The position numbers were made by a program, and so were the translations under genes. From Aplysia californica (lineage: Eukaryota), in NCBI RefSeq assembly GCF_000002075.1, contig NW_004797412.1:783389-847388 (forward strand): DNA of 64,000 bases, written 5' to 3'. Shown piece after piece: positions 25,362 to 39,087 of this stretch; positions within the stretch are counted from its first letter, which is position 1, and the number at the start of each line of letters is the position of its first letter. The notes under the pieces are model-generated. The model ran no database searches and was not told the DNA's origin. It worked only from the letters and a program-made list of their open reading frames with translations.

Positions 25362-28300
25362 ATGGCTGATATTGGATGGGGCTGGTTGGCCAGCATGGAA
25401 TCCTACGGAGCTCTAGGCGACACTTTTGCAGATTACAAAACTCTCACAGAAGAAGAAATTGCTTCAAAGAAATATTCGTCACTTCGGCATGCTGCCCATG
25501 GAATGATATTTGCAAGGAAAAACAAGCTATTGTGGGACCTTTATGATATGTTGGGTCTTGTGATGGTATGTTATAAAGATGTCACCTTTTGGAAATCTAG
25601 TGTACCACTTGAAATATGTGATATACACTGTAACACGGATAGCTAGAAATTCATCGGGACTGGTCTCGTTAGTTCAATTGAGGGATCCGTAGTTCGAGGG
25701 ATATCTTACAAAGATAAAGTTTGAAGAAAAAATACGAGACCGCAGGCACAGTTCGACGGATGTGTGATGTCGAGTTTTCTGTGTTCGACCTATCTTTGTT
25801 ATACTGTTTAATATGTTTTAGACTGGACAAATCTGTAGCTGTATATATGATATATGTTAGAAGAAAGCTTGTTTTGAAATGACTTCAAATTAAAAATATG
25901 GAATGTAGCAAACTTTGATAACAGAAATTATGAAACATTTTTGTAAGGTGTATTTTTTTAAAATATGAAATACAACAAACTTTGATGACAGAAATGAGAC
26001 ATTTTCTGAAGGTAACTTGTCTCTCTACAGAAACTACAATGACCTACCGATTTATTTGAAATGTTTTCCTACTTTAACATTGAAAACACTTTTTTTATGT
26101 TGGTAGATGCAAATGAGATTCGACGGAGTACTGGGATTTCCTGGAGGACTCGTGGATGAGGGAGAGACACCGGTGGAGGCTGTCAATCGTGAAATGAAAG
26201 AAGAAATCTGCCTTGACTTGGACAAGTATTCCTTTTCAGAAGACCATTGTATCAGCATTCAGCTGAATGAAAAGAAAGGACTGGTTCTATACTTTTACCA
26301 GATGGAGGTCTCTTGTGAGGATTTTGTAGCAATGGAGCACAACATCATCAATGCTCCTGACTTTGGTGTTGAGGTATGTAAATATGTGGGGAGAAGTGGG
26401 CAAAGAAAAACAATTAATTGTGGGACCTTTATGATACCTACTGGTCTGGTGCAAAAATCTAAATTCCTACCAAAAACTGAAACTGAAAAATCTCTAGTCC
26501 GTATATAAACATTTAGAGTACCTTTGAAATCAGGAATGTTGCTGCCTGACCAGAAGTTAGGAACCTACTGAATAGAAAAAACGGTCATATACGTAAAAAT
26601 CAGTAGCACTTCAGGTTGAGGAACCAGTAGCCATCTACTCATCTAACAGAGAAAAACAGTGTAATAAACTGTCGGACACCCTTACACCTTAACCTTCTTT
26701 GATTCTAAACGGATTGATGATGTCGCTCCTTTGGTGCATATCAAGGAGGTCAAGATCTGAAGGGAGGGAAGTATAGTACTTGGGCAATCTACTTCCTCTA
26801 CGTCTTCTGCGCAGGCAAAGCTGTATCATGCAGATCAGTTGAAGTGTGAAATGGAGAAGACCACACTTATTGTGTATTGTTTCATTTTTGAACTTTCAGG
26901 AGAAAGATTTGCCTTGTGTCATGAAATCTTTACATATACCGTGTACCTATGTGTTCCAACATTGATGGTCTTTAGGACTTCAATTGACACTTACATGTAA
27001 CACTACATGAAGAAAAAAACAATGCAAAAATACACAGCAGAGTCTCTGTAAACAAATATCAGTGGACTTGCCAGATTTTCTTGGGTTTAGCCTGATTTTC
27101 AGTTTAGAGAGGTTGCTCAAATAAAACGGAAAAAAAATTGGGGTTTAAATTTTCTATCGGTTTAGCTGCTTCAAATTTAACTTGTTCAGTTTAAGGAGAC
27201 TCCACTGTATTAACCTGAATTCCTATCCCCACCACTTTCAAAAGCTTTAATTAAAACTCACTAGACAGGTGACTGTATGATTTGTGAGGCAGCGGGGTGA
27301 AACAAGGCACTCGTCAAAATAATGATAGTCAAGAAACTGGCATTTTTCAGCAAGCTTGGGAATTTTTATAGAAAAAAAATATTTGTTTTTTGGCTCAACA
27401 CCTTTCGTGCCCTTTATAGAACACATGTTTTTGTGGGTTTTGCTGAAGAACGTTGGTTTAAGGTATAAAAGATATAAATGTTTAGTTTCCATGGACTCTC
27501 ATGCTAAAGATATAACTCAACTTTGGCGGCCTTTTTCTTGCCAATTTTTCCTCTGAAACCAGGTGACCCCCATGTCCTTCAATTGCCAATATCTTGACTT
27601 GTATCCAAGTTAAATGGATATTTTTTTAATCAAAAGCAAGGTAAATGGACAGACTTTAAGGTGATACCAGTAACTCCATATGCTCCCAAATTTGCAAGCA
27701 CATGATTCCCCAGCGTCGTGACACATTTGTTATGCATCGTCAAAGCAGCTTGGGGGGGGGGCTCTCGTGGCCTAGAGGTTAAGATATTGGTCTCTCATTC
27801 AAAGTCCCTGGTTCGAATCCGGGTAGCAACCGAAAAATTTTCTCCTTAAAATTGTCTCTTTTCACCTCTTTTGCTGCTCTCTTGCAATATTCTGTCGTCT
27901 GCTTTCGTCTCCTTTTTCTACCCCCACCTCCTCACCTCCTTTGCCCCGTCCTCTGGGCTCCTGACTCTGTCTGCAGCCTTTCTACTGCTACTCCTTGGCT
28001 CCATCTTACTGCTGTCTTTCAGCCACACCTCTGATCTTCTGGTAGGAAAGATCTGCACCTAGCCTTCTCGGACAAGGGCGAAAAATCTCGGAGGGCCCGT
28101 ATGCAAGTTGACCTCGTTAAAGATCCCTTGGTGGTCTAAAATCGATAAAGTAGACTTCGGCCACCACACAGGCAAAATTCAAAATTTCCTACCCTAATGT
28201 GTCCCACGCTCTCATATATCACCTTAATGTGTCCCACGCTCTCATATATCACCTTAATGTGTCCCACGCTCTCATATATCACCTTAATGTGTCCCACGCT

Positions 28301-29369
28301 CTCATATATCACCTTATGCAGCTGCGAGGGCTGTAAAACGCTTAAATCTACCAAAAGAAAGAAAAAAAAGGAAAAAAAGCAGCCTGTTTTTCATGCTACT
28401 CTTTTTCCTTAGCCGCCCTATATTTAATAAACATACTAATTAATTGCCAGTGCTATTCTGCCTTTAACATTTTGAATGTTGTTTTTTTTGGAGTTTTTTT
28501 TAAGTACATGAGAGAACATTTTGTGTGTTGTTAGTGCAGGAGTTACTCTGATGTTCTATCACCCTGAGGAGTCCAATACTGTGCTGCATGTCTGATCACA
28601 TTTTATCTTTTGCTTGCAGTTACAGTTATGAGAGAGAAGTGCCTAATCATCATACTCTACTTTACTATTCCGATCCATGGACCATCTGGGTTCTAGCCCT
28701 TTTGCCTGGACCAAATCATCATCAAGTTTAGATCTTCGAATTTTGTCATAAATTATAGTCCTTTGAATCACCTCATGACAAGTTGAAATGGTCTGTTGCA
28801 TATATTGATGCCTTAGTATACTCGCTGGACCACATCTTTTAATGAAAAGTAAAGGACATTGAACTCGAGGGCTGCTCACCAAGTAAATATTATATTTCTA
28901 TACCTTGTCATTGCATATTAAAGTTAATATTACATACTTCTTTTAATGTTATCTTTATTATAGTCAGATTTATCATCATATTACTATTAATATTGTTTAT
29001 CTATTTAACACTATCCACCCACGCATTGCGCAGTGCGCGCAACTCTTATCCCCACGGACCAGGATACAGATGCTGTACATGCTGTATCACACCGTCGCCG
29101 ATCGGTGTACCGCGGGTGCAAAGTGTTAAACAATTTTTTTTAAATCTAATATCCTCTCATAGATGTTCACGTTTTCATTCTGACAGACCTTGGGTGTCTT
29201 GAGGGTTCCTCTGTACACAATGGGAGATGGACGTAGAGGATTCCCCGCCTTCCTGGACAACCAGTTCGCAGGAAACGCCAAATACCAGCTCATCCATGGT
29301 CTGAAAACTGCGAAGTTGTTGTCAGATGAACAAATATCTAAAGCTGTCAATTCTTGTTCACAAAAATGA
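25362..29369 (+). CDS. NUDT16: NUDT16-like Nudix hydrolase (U8 snoRNA-decapping enzyme family), 217 aa
   Basis: Coding exons 25362-25565, 26107-26373, 29187-29369, all phase 0. Motifs RHAAHGMIFA, MQMRFDGVLGFPGGLVD, Nudix box GLVDEGETPVEAVNREMKEEI, LRVPLYT..DG..GFPAFL.NQF.GNAK.QL. An acceptor at 25342 implies an upstream non-coding exon near 24.0-24.2 kb. Confidence 0.92.
25624..25808. mobile_element. ~190-bp MITE; inverted second copy at 29767-29972
   Basis: Imperfect TIRs (CAGTATAACATGGATAG type) and a shared GAGGGATCCGTAGTTCGAGGGAT core. Confidence 0.65.
27757..28352 (+). mobile_element. SINE family A copy with an internal 30-bp x4 tandem duplication
   Basis: Colinear with 15439-15965. 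The unit TAATGTGTCCCACGCTCTCATATATCACCT repeats at ~28195-28314. Confidence 0.88.
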
Positions 29370-32351
29370 CAAATGGGAAGTTAACAATTTTTTGTGGTTG
29401 TATTTAATGTTTTAATGAAATTCCAGCGGGTCCATAAATTATTTTTGTGAAATCATAGAAATCGAGGTTCAAGAGAATAAAGAGAGGAGACATGTGGAAA
29501 GAGAGAGAGAGTTTGTTTATATATATATATATATTTATTGTATGGCCGGATATGATTCAATTGCAGACTAGGGCTCTGAGAACAATATTTTTGTACTTAT
29601 TGTCAATTATGTCATGTTCCAGTCACTGAGATACATTGTCTTTTAAATACTGTAGTATTCTTGCAAGGGTTTTCTTTTTTTTTAGGAAAATTTTTAATTG
29701 TTAGTCTACAGTTACAAACAAAATAATACTGTTTTGCTTACTTACTCTCTCCCTGTGCCGCCGGACACAGTATAACATGGATAGGTCACACACAGAAGAC
29801 TCGAAATCACGCATCAGTCGTAGGCCTACTGTGCCTGCAGTCCCGTGGGGGTTTTTTTCCTACTTCTTTATCTTTGTAAGATATCCTTCAAACTACAGAT
29901 CCCTCGAACTACGGATCCCTCGAACTACTGAGGTCTGTCCCGACAAATTTGGAGCTATCCATGTTAAACTGTATAGGCCTACAAGGCAGAGAGCAGTCAA
30001 CGCCACACGTGTCTGTCCCTGGCAATTTTCTCTAGCACATCCATGCCCTGGGTGATTGCCTCGTCTCTGATCATATTTCAGTTCTACCAGTTGGTCTGCA
30101 GCTTCTTCTTTTTCCATTTGGTCTGAAGACAATATTGTCTGTGTCATTCTCCAAATCGAATCATGTGCCAAATATCAGATCTGTCTTCTCCTCTTTATGC
30201 TTGTGTTGATATTTTTAATCCCAGCTGTTTCCAACATTTGATTATTTGTCAACAAATTAATTCTATTTCTTAATTCAAGATTCTTCAGAAAGCTTTTTCA
30301 TTTTTGTTGAATTGCTTTGCTTGTTTTCCATTATTTCAGAACTGTGCATCTGTTCTACTAAAACATTGCATTTTAAATTTTGTTTTCAATCAGATTAACT
30401 TTGAATTCAAAATGGTTTTTAATTTCACAAAAGGGATCCACGTATTTTAAAGTCAATACAGTCTGAGGTTTTGGAAATAAATCTCCCAAAGTACCTCAAT
30501 GTTGTATTATTTTCTGTCAGACAATCTAGCAATGCCTCTATTATGAACCTGATACGATCCCTTTAAAACATCTGTGCGAGTTGATTGGTCCTTACTAAAC
30601 TAATTTAAATTCATATTGCAACACGGCCTGAGAATTCATGGCTGCAGAGATAAATGCTACCCATGGCGCCCAGCATCCAGTCAGCAGCTGCACAGTGATA
30701 TTCCCTTTCTTCTCCCACAAATGGTCCCTTTTAAGGACAAGCGGGCTAACCCAGATTTCAGGGGTTTCCAGAAGTCTTGACCTACACCAAAAGTGGGCAT
30801 TTCCCTAGCTCTATAGGAGAAGTTTAGTTTAATTGATGTGTATATATTTGTTTGTTTATAGTAGAGAAAACTCTCCTTGTCTTTTAATGAAACTGAACAG
30901 GGGTCCAAAAACTTTAGCTTTGATTTTCTCAAAACTGCATTTTTCGGTATAGCCCCCTTGTGTTTAAAAGCGACCAAATTATATGAGATTGTCACATTGC
31001 AGGAAGAATGAAAGTCGAATCTCTTCACATTTTGAACAAAGGGACATTACCCATTTTAATATTGAACTTCATCTTGTCATGGTGGAATCATTTTCCCTGA
31101 CGTTGAGCTGCTGGTGCTATTTATTAACTCTTAAAACCCCATTGGACGCTGGTAGTGGTAGCGTCTGACGGTAATGACCCTGTTCCCCGTCGGACGCTGG
31201 GAGCGTCCAATACTAGCAACAACTGTTTCATTTAATTTAGTGATAGTTTCTTCTTGTTTTTCGGAACTATTCCCAATCCTAGTTTTTTAGTAATGACTAA
31301 GCCTTTGTTTCCGCTATTTAGAAGTTGGAGGCAAGCTATGGGGGTTATAATGAGATATAGTGCACCAGGTCTAGGTGACTGTAGAAAAAACTCAGGGTTT
31401 AAAGAGTTAACAGAGAACAGTATTAAATTTTTTAACCCTTTATATCGCCAACCCCTCATACAACCAACTTCATTTTCGTTCTAAGGTTGTCGGAATTATG
31501 AGATTTGATCTATGTGAAGATGAAGGTATTGTAAAGCATAATGTAGATTGTATTGCATGGGAGTGGGCGCTGTAGAAATGAGCTGCATTACATTATAATT
31601 TATATTATGTACGGATGGATGTAATGTGTAGGCCTGTCTAGTCTACGAACATTTTTAAAAATTGTGGTCAAAGGGTTATGATAAACACATGTGTATTTTA
31701 AAAGTCATGTGCTACGTCAGAGGGTGTGTTTAGCAAATGAATGCTTACAAATATTACAATGTTTTGTCAATTAAAGATCTTTTCTATATATATATATATA
31801 TTTGCATAATATTATGTCTCTATTATATTTTAATTATAGTACAATGGAATCCTGTTGTAGTGAGAGGGAGGGGATTGGTGCAAAATATCCATTATAGCAC
31901 GATTCACGTTACAGTAGTGCGCTTAAGGGAAGTATACAATGTGGGTTATGTCTTTTAAAAAGTCATTGCTTATTTTATTTTTAATTTCATGCTTTACCGG
32001 TGTTTTAATGTGGGTCATTAAAAGTATATTACAAAAAGATTCAAATTGTTTATTATATTTCTCTATTTCTTCTTGTTGTGTAAAAGATGATATCTGTTGT
32101 TTATTTTTAAGCACCCTTTTTTTTATCTCCCTTCCCTCAGACAGTTTGATTTAAAAGAGTCCCGAGACTTATGCATTTATAACAATAAATAACATCATGT
32201 CGTAGGCTAGGATAACTATCACCTTGACAACCGTTTGCCAATACTAGTTCAGGGGCTAATCTCAAGACTCAACACAATCTCATGGGTCCATAACCTTGTT
32301 ATCATGTACAATGTAAACCTACATATCACCTAATTGTTTTCACTTGTAGAC

Positions 32352-32530
32352 CTGTCCCGGTGGTTTTATGCACCCCTCATAATAAGCAAAATTTGATTAC
32401 TTTTTGCATAATTTCTGATTATTTTTCTTTATCATTCTTTTTTTGGATTAACAGAACCGCATAATTTCACATTTTTGGGCTCAGTTTGCATAACTTCAAA
32501 AAAATTTTTTGCATAAAACTATGAGGACAG
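32352..32530. mobile_element. ~175-bp MITE; inverted second copy at 20544-20718
   Basis: TIRs CTGTCCC..TGGTTTTATG / CATAAAAC..GGACAG. A near-perfect 8-bp flank duplication (TTGTAGAC/CTGTAGAC) is present in this copy. Confidence 0.65.
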
Positions 32531-33587
32531 CTGTAGACTGTAGAGAAAGTAAATGTTATGACAGCAGAATATGCAGCCATGGGTTAGCAGCCCTGGACAA
32601 ATAGAAGACAACATAATAAATTCCAATGATTGTTGGTGATTTTGTCATCCACCATTTAGAAGAAAAATTAAGTTTTAACTACGTTGTACTTGTTAATGCT
32701 TTTGCAGAGATGATTTTGGCCGCCATTGACACAATTTAGGTGTGGTTGGTTGGGGGGTGCTCTGGTGTGGTTTGCTCCTTCTTTCCTATCAAACATATTA
32801 TATCTGACGTCCTGATTTCTCCTTCTGTTTTGTGTTTGTTACTCTTTTGTAAAACCTCTAATATTCGGCACTTATACACGACCTTATTGTGTTGCGAGTG
32901 CCGTAAAACACTTTCTAAAACTAAAATGACATCAGGGAAACTGCTGCATTTTTTTTGCTCATCCTTACTGTCGTCATTTTCCTCTACTTCTTTTGTATGC
33001 TTGTCACTGTCTTGTGAACTGCTATTTCAGGGGTGCCTTGATAGTCGAAGAAGACTTTGTGCTGTTGAAGCTAGAGAGGTAAGAAGAGTAAGCCTGATTC
33101 CGCGCTTGGACTTCTCTGTTGACACCTACCTCTTGACGCTCATATGACCTTATGCAGTTGCAAGCGCTGTAAACCTTACTAAAACTAAAATAATTTAGGA
33201 GAAAAATTTAGCCATAACTACATTATACTTGTAAAAATGCTTTTGTGGCTAGTAGATGTTTTTGGCCTCCATTGACACAGTTTAGGTCAGACAGTAGGCA
33301 GGCTGCTTCGACTCTGCCTGTCAGGGCAGCTTGGGCTGATGTTTTGTTTTAGTAGAGGTTTTACGGCGCTCGCAACAGCATAAGGTCATATGAGCGCTAG
33401 AAGATAAGAGCTGTTACAAGAGAGTAACAAACATGAAAAAGATGAAGGGGAGATAAGGACGATAGATGTTTGATAGGAAAGAAGAAGCAAACCACACCAG
33501 AGCACCCACGAACCAACCACCAGCTTGGGCTGAGAAGAATTCATCCCCAACACAAAGATGGAGGCACTCAATACCCCCCACCCCCTC

Positions 33588-33632
33588 CACACACATACAC
33601 ACACACACACACGTGACACATACACACTAACG

Positions 33633-33663
<31 letters not shown>

Positions 33664-33817
33664 CTAGGCCTACAGACACACATACAGACACGTACACACA
33701 CACACGCCCACATACACACGCAAACACAATAATGCACATACACACGCATACACACTAATGCACATACACTCACACGCACACATACACACACGCATACACA
33801 CACACTTACACACTAAT

Positions 33818-33862
<45 letters not shown>

Positions 33863-33895
33863 CACATATGCACACATACTGCACACACACACAGA
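33588..33895. repeat. Degenerate (CA)n microsatellite; others at 2835-2890, 7628-7697, 8205-8262, 21222-21286 (CA/TG) and 34193-34248, 36279-36328 (CT)
   Basis: Directly visible dinucleotide runs. Confidence 0.95.
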
Positions 33896-34188
33896 CAGGT
33901 AGTGAACTCAAGTCTTCTGTTCGCAATTGCGAAACGTCTTACCACTGCACTACAAATGCCAGTCCAAAATTTACTTTTGCCAGCGATACACGCATACTAA
34001 ATACTTTGAAAGTCTAGAATTAGATTAGTTAGAAGGCTTTATAAATAAAGATTAGGCCTACACGTGATTGAATGTAAATGTTTTATGCCCGAACAGACCC
34101 AATGTAGAACATTTCGGAAGTGGCAGATTCAACGCTTCTATCGAAGTCTGCACTAGCTCAGTGAGATATAGGCGCTTTGATGGCTCAG

Positions 34189-34251
<63 letters not shown>

Positions 34252-34544
34252 GGCGTTGTGGCGTTATAAACGGTGCTCTGCTGACAACACGCAGGAACTC
34301 AACAGTCGCTCGGGGGGGGGGGGGGGGGGTCCTTGAAAAGTGCTGAAAGAGGGTTATTGAAATGTCCCAGCAGACGAGTTGATGGCTCAGTTGGTATCAT
34401 GCTGGACTATGGAGCGGATGGCCCTCGTTCAAACCCCAGACTGTGCGTTTTTGAACTCGGCATTTGTGGAGTCATCTATAGAGGCTCTCAACCATTTGGT
34501 TCGGGCCCAAGTGGACAGTAAATTCTGAGGTCCCGGCTCTTAAA

Positions 34545-34793
34545 TGGTCGCTTTTAAGCACAAGGGGGCTATCCCGAAAAATTCTGTTTTGAGAAAGTCG
34601 AAGTTAAAGTTTTTGCCCCTTGTTCGTTTTTTTTTTAAAGACAAGGAGATTTTTCTCTATAACTAAACAAAGATACACACCTATGAAACCAAACTTCTTC
34701 TATAGGTAGGGAAATACCCACTTTTGGTGCCGGTCAAGATTTCTGGAAACCCCCGAAATCTGGGTTAGCCCGCTCGTCCTTTAAAAACGACCA
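34545..34793. mobile_element. ~250-bp MITE with TGGTCGCTTTTAA TIRs (5 copies)
   Basis: Copies at 11069-11293, 30722-30976, 34545-34793, 38277-38523 and ~53960-54192. Confidence 0.8.
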
Positions 34794-34894
34794 AATAACC
34801 TATTAGGCTATAGTGTTGAAAGGGGAGTTATTAATAAACAACACAATTACACTTTTTTCCGTGAAATACAGCTCCTACATCCCACTTGTAAATA

Positions 34895-35086
34895 CAGTGG
34901 AGCCTCTCTATAACAACATCTTCGGGACCTGAAAAAAATATCGTTATGTTATAGAGAGGCAACCAAAAATATTACAGGGTACTAATGATATAAAAGGAAA
35001 AAATCAGGACCCGGGCACCATGTCTCTGTACATTGTACAGAGGATGTCGTTATATCGAAGGTCGTTATTATAGAGAGGTTGTATTG
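34895..35086. mobile_element. TA-flanked pogo/Tigger-like MITE
   Basis: TA-CAGTGGAGCCTCTCTATAA...TTATAGAGAGGTTGTATTG-TA. A similar element lies at ~27036-27208. Confidence 0.65.
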
Positions 35087-35651
35087 TAAAAACTTGCCTA
35101 AGAGGAACTGAAAAAGTGTAACAAGCAGGATTTCTTACACTTTACACAGTGCAGTAGTGCATTGTCCACACTTCATCTAACAGACATTTCTAGATCTATA
35201 GCTTCATCAAATCAAGCAACTAACAGGTATAAAACCTCTTCCTTTCCCCAGTCACCTCGCAAAGAACCACAGTCAAACTTGGGGTGGTATTGTAGAAGCA
35301 AATCTATTCCATTATCCCTTGTCTCTGCTAGTCTCTTGTGCGGCTGCTACTATTACTGCTAAAAACAGGGATGCCAAATGATTTTTGAAAAAAAAAAACT
35401 GACAATGAGAGGAGCATCACATCTCACCTAAAACTAAAACAAACCTTGTAAAGTTTTTCAATGAGCACACAAAAACATCTCTCTTACCTCTTCCCTTTCC
35501 TCTGCAAGGGTATGGGGACTTTTGTTTCACCAATTCCAGTAATATTATGTCTGTCTTGAGAAGAAGGACCTTATGTCAGTGGCCTTCTTCTTCAGGGTTG
35601 CCAATTGATTTATTTTTTTTACCCTGAAAAACCTGAGATTTGGCGTCCCTG

Positions 35652-35910
35652 TAAAAAGTTGTTCCCGCATCCGATCTGGACATTGGGGATGGATTGTCTT
35701 GTTAGTGAGACAACTTCCTGAGCCTTCGACATATTGTGGTCGGGTGGCCAGTTCCTTTCCACGCCGCCTTTACTTCCCCAACTCGAAGTCAGGTACCCAT
35801 TACTGCTGAGTGGGCAAGGGGGCGAAAAAAATATGTGTCTGAACCGAGGCTCGAACCTGGACTTTCCACTTCGGAGACGAGCGCACCAACCGCTCTGCCA
35901 CTGCACCCTC
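35652..35910 (-). mobile_element. SINE family D, second copy
   Basis: A box GTGGCAGAGCGG, B box GGTTCGAGCC. Colinear with 12494-12752. Confidence 0.8.
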
Positions 35911-36081
35911 TACTACAGCTATTACTCGCATAAAACAGTGCAAAGCAACTGTCACTGTCTCCCATGCTTTTTTTTTAAATAGAGGGTTTTACGGCGCTCG
36001 CAACTGCATAAGGTCATACGAGTGCCAAGGGGTGGATGTCAACAGAGAAGTCTTTACAGGGAATCAGACTTACTCTGCTCA

Positions 36082-36272
36082 CAATGACAATGACAATGAC
36101 AATCTTTATTCATCTCGCAGGGAGAAATTTGTCTTGGTCGTTAACAATGGCAGTAGACGTTACAAAAGTTAGACTTAAAGGTGCACTCACGCAAACGCAC
36201 AACAAGACAGGACATTAGGCCAAGTAAATACATGTCTCACGGGCTGGGACAACCCGCTCCGTAAAACATTCA

Positions 36273-36332
<60 letters not shown>

Positions 36333-37010
36333 TTCATTTGTAGCACTGTGTGTTCAGTAACCTACCTCACTGCAGTTGGTATGAATGAATTTCTATATCT
36401 GTCTGTTCTTGCTTTTTTGGAAATGTATCGTTTACTGCGGGTCGATAGTTGAAATTCCGATGTCAGTGGGTGGCTATGGTCACTAAGCATTATTTCCGCC
36501 TTTTTTTTAGAACGTTTGTCTTGTGCAGATATTCAAAGTTACTTAGGTCTCTACCAATTGTTCTTGATGCCTTTTTCATCAACTTATTTAGTTTTATAAT
36601 GTGCTGCCTTCCCAGATTGCTGCCATAGCATGTGATTCCAAAATTTATCAAGGTTTCTATTGTCGTGGTGTAGAAAATCTGAAGGTTGGATGGATTCAGA
36701 TTGAAAGACTTAAGTTTCCTCAGAAAGTACAGCCTCTGATTTACCCTTTTAACGATATCGTTTACGTGGTATTGCCATGTAAATTTGTTGTCTATTGTAA
36801 GGCCAAGATATTTGTATGAATCCGTGATTTCAATAGTTTCTTGTTCAATTACGAGTGGTGGGATTGTTGGTTTTTCTCTTCTAAAATCAAAAATCATTTC
36901 CTTTGTTTTTGAGAGGTTCACTTTTAGAAAATTTGAGTTGCACCATTAAAAAAACCTACATATTTCTTCGAAATACTCTTTTTCATCAAGGTTTATTAAT
37001 CCAATAATAG
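36082..37010 (-). mobile_element. 5'-truncated Rex/Babar-like (CR1 group) LINE fragment nested in a family-C retroposon
   Basis: ORF 36921-36490 (NLSKTKEMIFDFRR, YKYLGLTIDNKFTW, QRLYFLRKLKSF) and a 3' tail ATAAAG(ATTGTC)n. Confidence 0.85.
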
Positions 37011-39087
37011 CTCTCTAGCTTCAACAGCACAAGGCCTGCTTCGACTATCAAGACACCCCGGAAATAGCGAGTCACAAGAGTGTAACAAATATACAAAAGA
37101 AGTAGAGAAAAATGACAATAGTAAGGATTAGGAAAGAAAAAGCAGCAGTTCCCTATTGTAGATCAGGCAGTTATGAGCGTGACATGATGAATCAGCCCAT
37201 TTACAATTCTACTGTGCATGAACGAGAAATATCCCCCCTTTGGGAATGTCCTAAAGACACTACAGTCAGTGGCACTGCCCCGTGGGGTATCCCATGCTTT
37301 GCATCATCAGAGATGGACAGAGCATAAAAGGTCTTGCTTCTGCAACCATCATTATTCACTATTGTAATACCAAATCATTACTTTGCGCATCCTGTTTGTT
37401 GCATTAAATGAAGACACATCAGCTAAAATGAATCAATTACATTTTATAAAGAAGAAAGGAAGACGACAGAAAAAAACATGAAGAAGGATGTATAAGGCCT
37501 ATGACAAGACACTGGTAGAGCCCTTCATTCAATGTCCTGCAAGAAATAAGCACAGAATATTCATTTTTACAGCAGTTTTGTGAAATCGAAGAACTTTCGA
37601 TGTACATATCAATCTCAATCATCTATATGTGAAGCATCGAGCTGAAATCAGGCGCTCGTCAAAATAATGAAATCAAAGAAATCGCCATTTTTTCTTCGGT
37701 TTGGCAATTTTTATCAATTTTTAAATTTTTGGCTCAACACCTTTTAAAACCATTCAAAAACACATTTCTGTGCGGATTTTATGGAAAAATGTTAATTAAA
37801 GGCCCCAAAAATGTCAATTTTCAGTTTCCAATAACTCTCAAACTTTGGCGGCCATTTTCTTGTTAATTTGACCTCTGAAACCAGGCAACCCCTACCTCCT
37901 TCAATTACAAACATCTCGACTTCTCTATTCAAGATAAATAGGTAATTTTTTCACCCAAAACAAGATAAATAAACAGGCTTAATGATGGCCCCAATAACTC
38001 CATAAGCCCAAAAATTGACGAGTGCCTGATTCCACCGCATCGTGACACATATGATATAGATTAGATCTATGTAGGCCTAAAGTATGTTGCTTACCATATT
38101 ATGGAGGAAGAACAGAGTTACCCACTACACCAAAACAGTTTTTCTGAATTAATATACAAGGACATGTGGTTTCTTGAGGGAGGCATTGTGCTGCCAAGAA
38201 CAAAATGCTCGAAGCTAAAGGGATTTGAAAACAACAACTGAATTAATATTTTACGGCTTCACTGTGTAGATGTAACTGGTCTCTTTTAAGCTCAAGTGGG
38301 CTATCCCGAAAAATGCTGTTTTGAGAAAATCGAAGGTAAAGTTCTTGCCGCTTGTTCAGTTTCTTTAAAAGACAAGGAGAGTTTTCTCTATCACCAAACA
38401 AATATACACACCAAGGAAACCAAATTTCTCCGATAGGTAAGGCAAAGCCCACTTTTGGTGTAGGTCAAGATTTCTGGAAACCCCCAAAATCTGGGTTAGC
38501 TCGCTTGTCCTTAAAAGCGACCAATTTTACACTGAGGTGCGTGCCAGCTCATGAGGAACAGGGACAAACTTTGTGATTTATTAGGTTGATGTTACAATTA
38601 GAACATTCTTGTTTCAGTTTTAGCAAAAGTTTTACAACACTTGCAACACAATAAGGTCATATAAGTGCCGAAGAAAAGATGTATCACAAGAGAGTAACAT
38701 ACACAAAAAAAGAGGAGGAGAGATAAGAACGATAGATGTTTTATAGGAAAGAAGGAGCAAACCACACCAGAGCACCTGCCAACCACCCACTTGTCTCAGT
38801 TTTCTCAGTTATCTCCGAGAAGAAAGAGACTTTTGCTTTCTCCCAAAAGCACTATGTGATCTTCATTGTGTCCATTTATTTTTATCAGCTCTTACTGAAA
38901 AAGCAAAGTTCTTTCTATTTATCCAATTCCGGTACACTATCTCAGACACCATCAATTAGTTTTTCTGATGTGCAGTAGAAGAGTAGAAGTGTATCAGAAA
39001 GACATCAAACAGAAACTGTTTTTTTAAAGAACAGACAAAATAGAAAACAAAAGCACTAGTTTCATGACATGTTAAATTTATTGATAT

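Noticed and set aside
28195-28314. CRISPR-like 30-bp repeats
   Set aside because: The repeats are head-to-tail with no spacers, inside a eukaryotic SINE.
33386-34000. His/Thr- and Cys/Val-rich ORFs (also 7576-8438, 21145-21372)
   Set aside because: Translations of CA/TG microsatellites.
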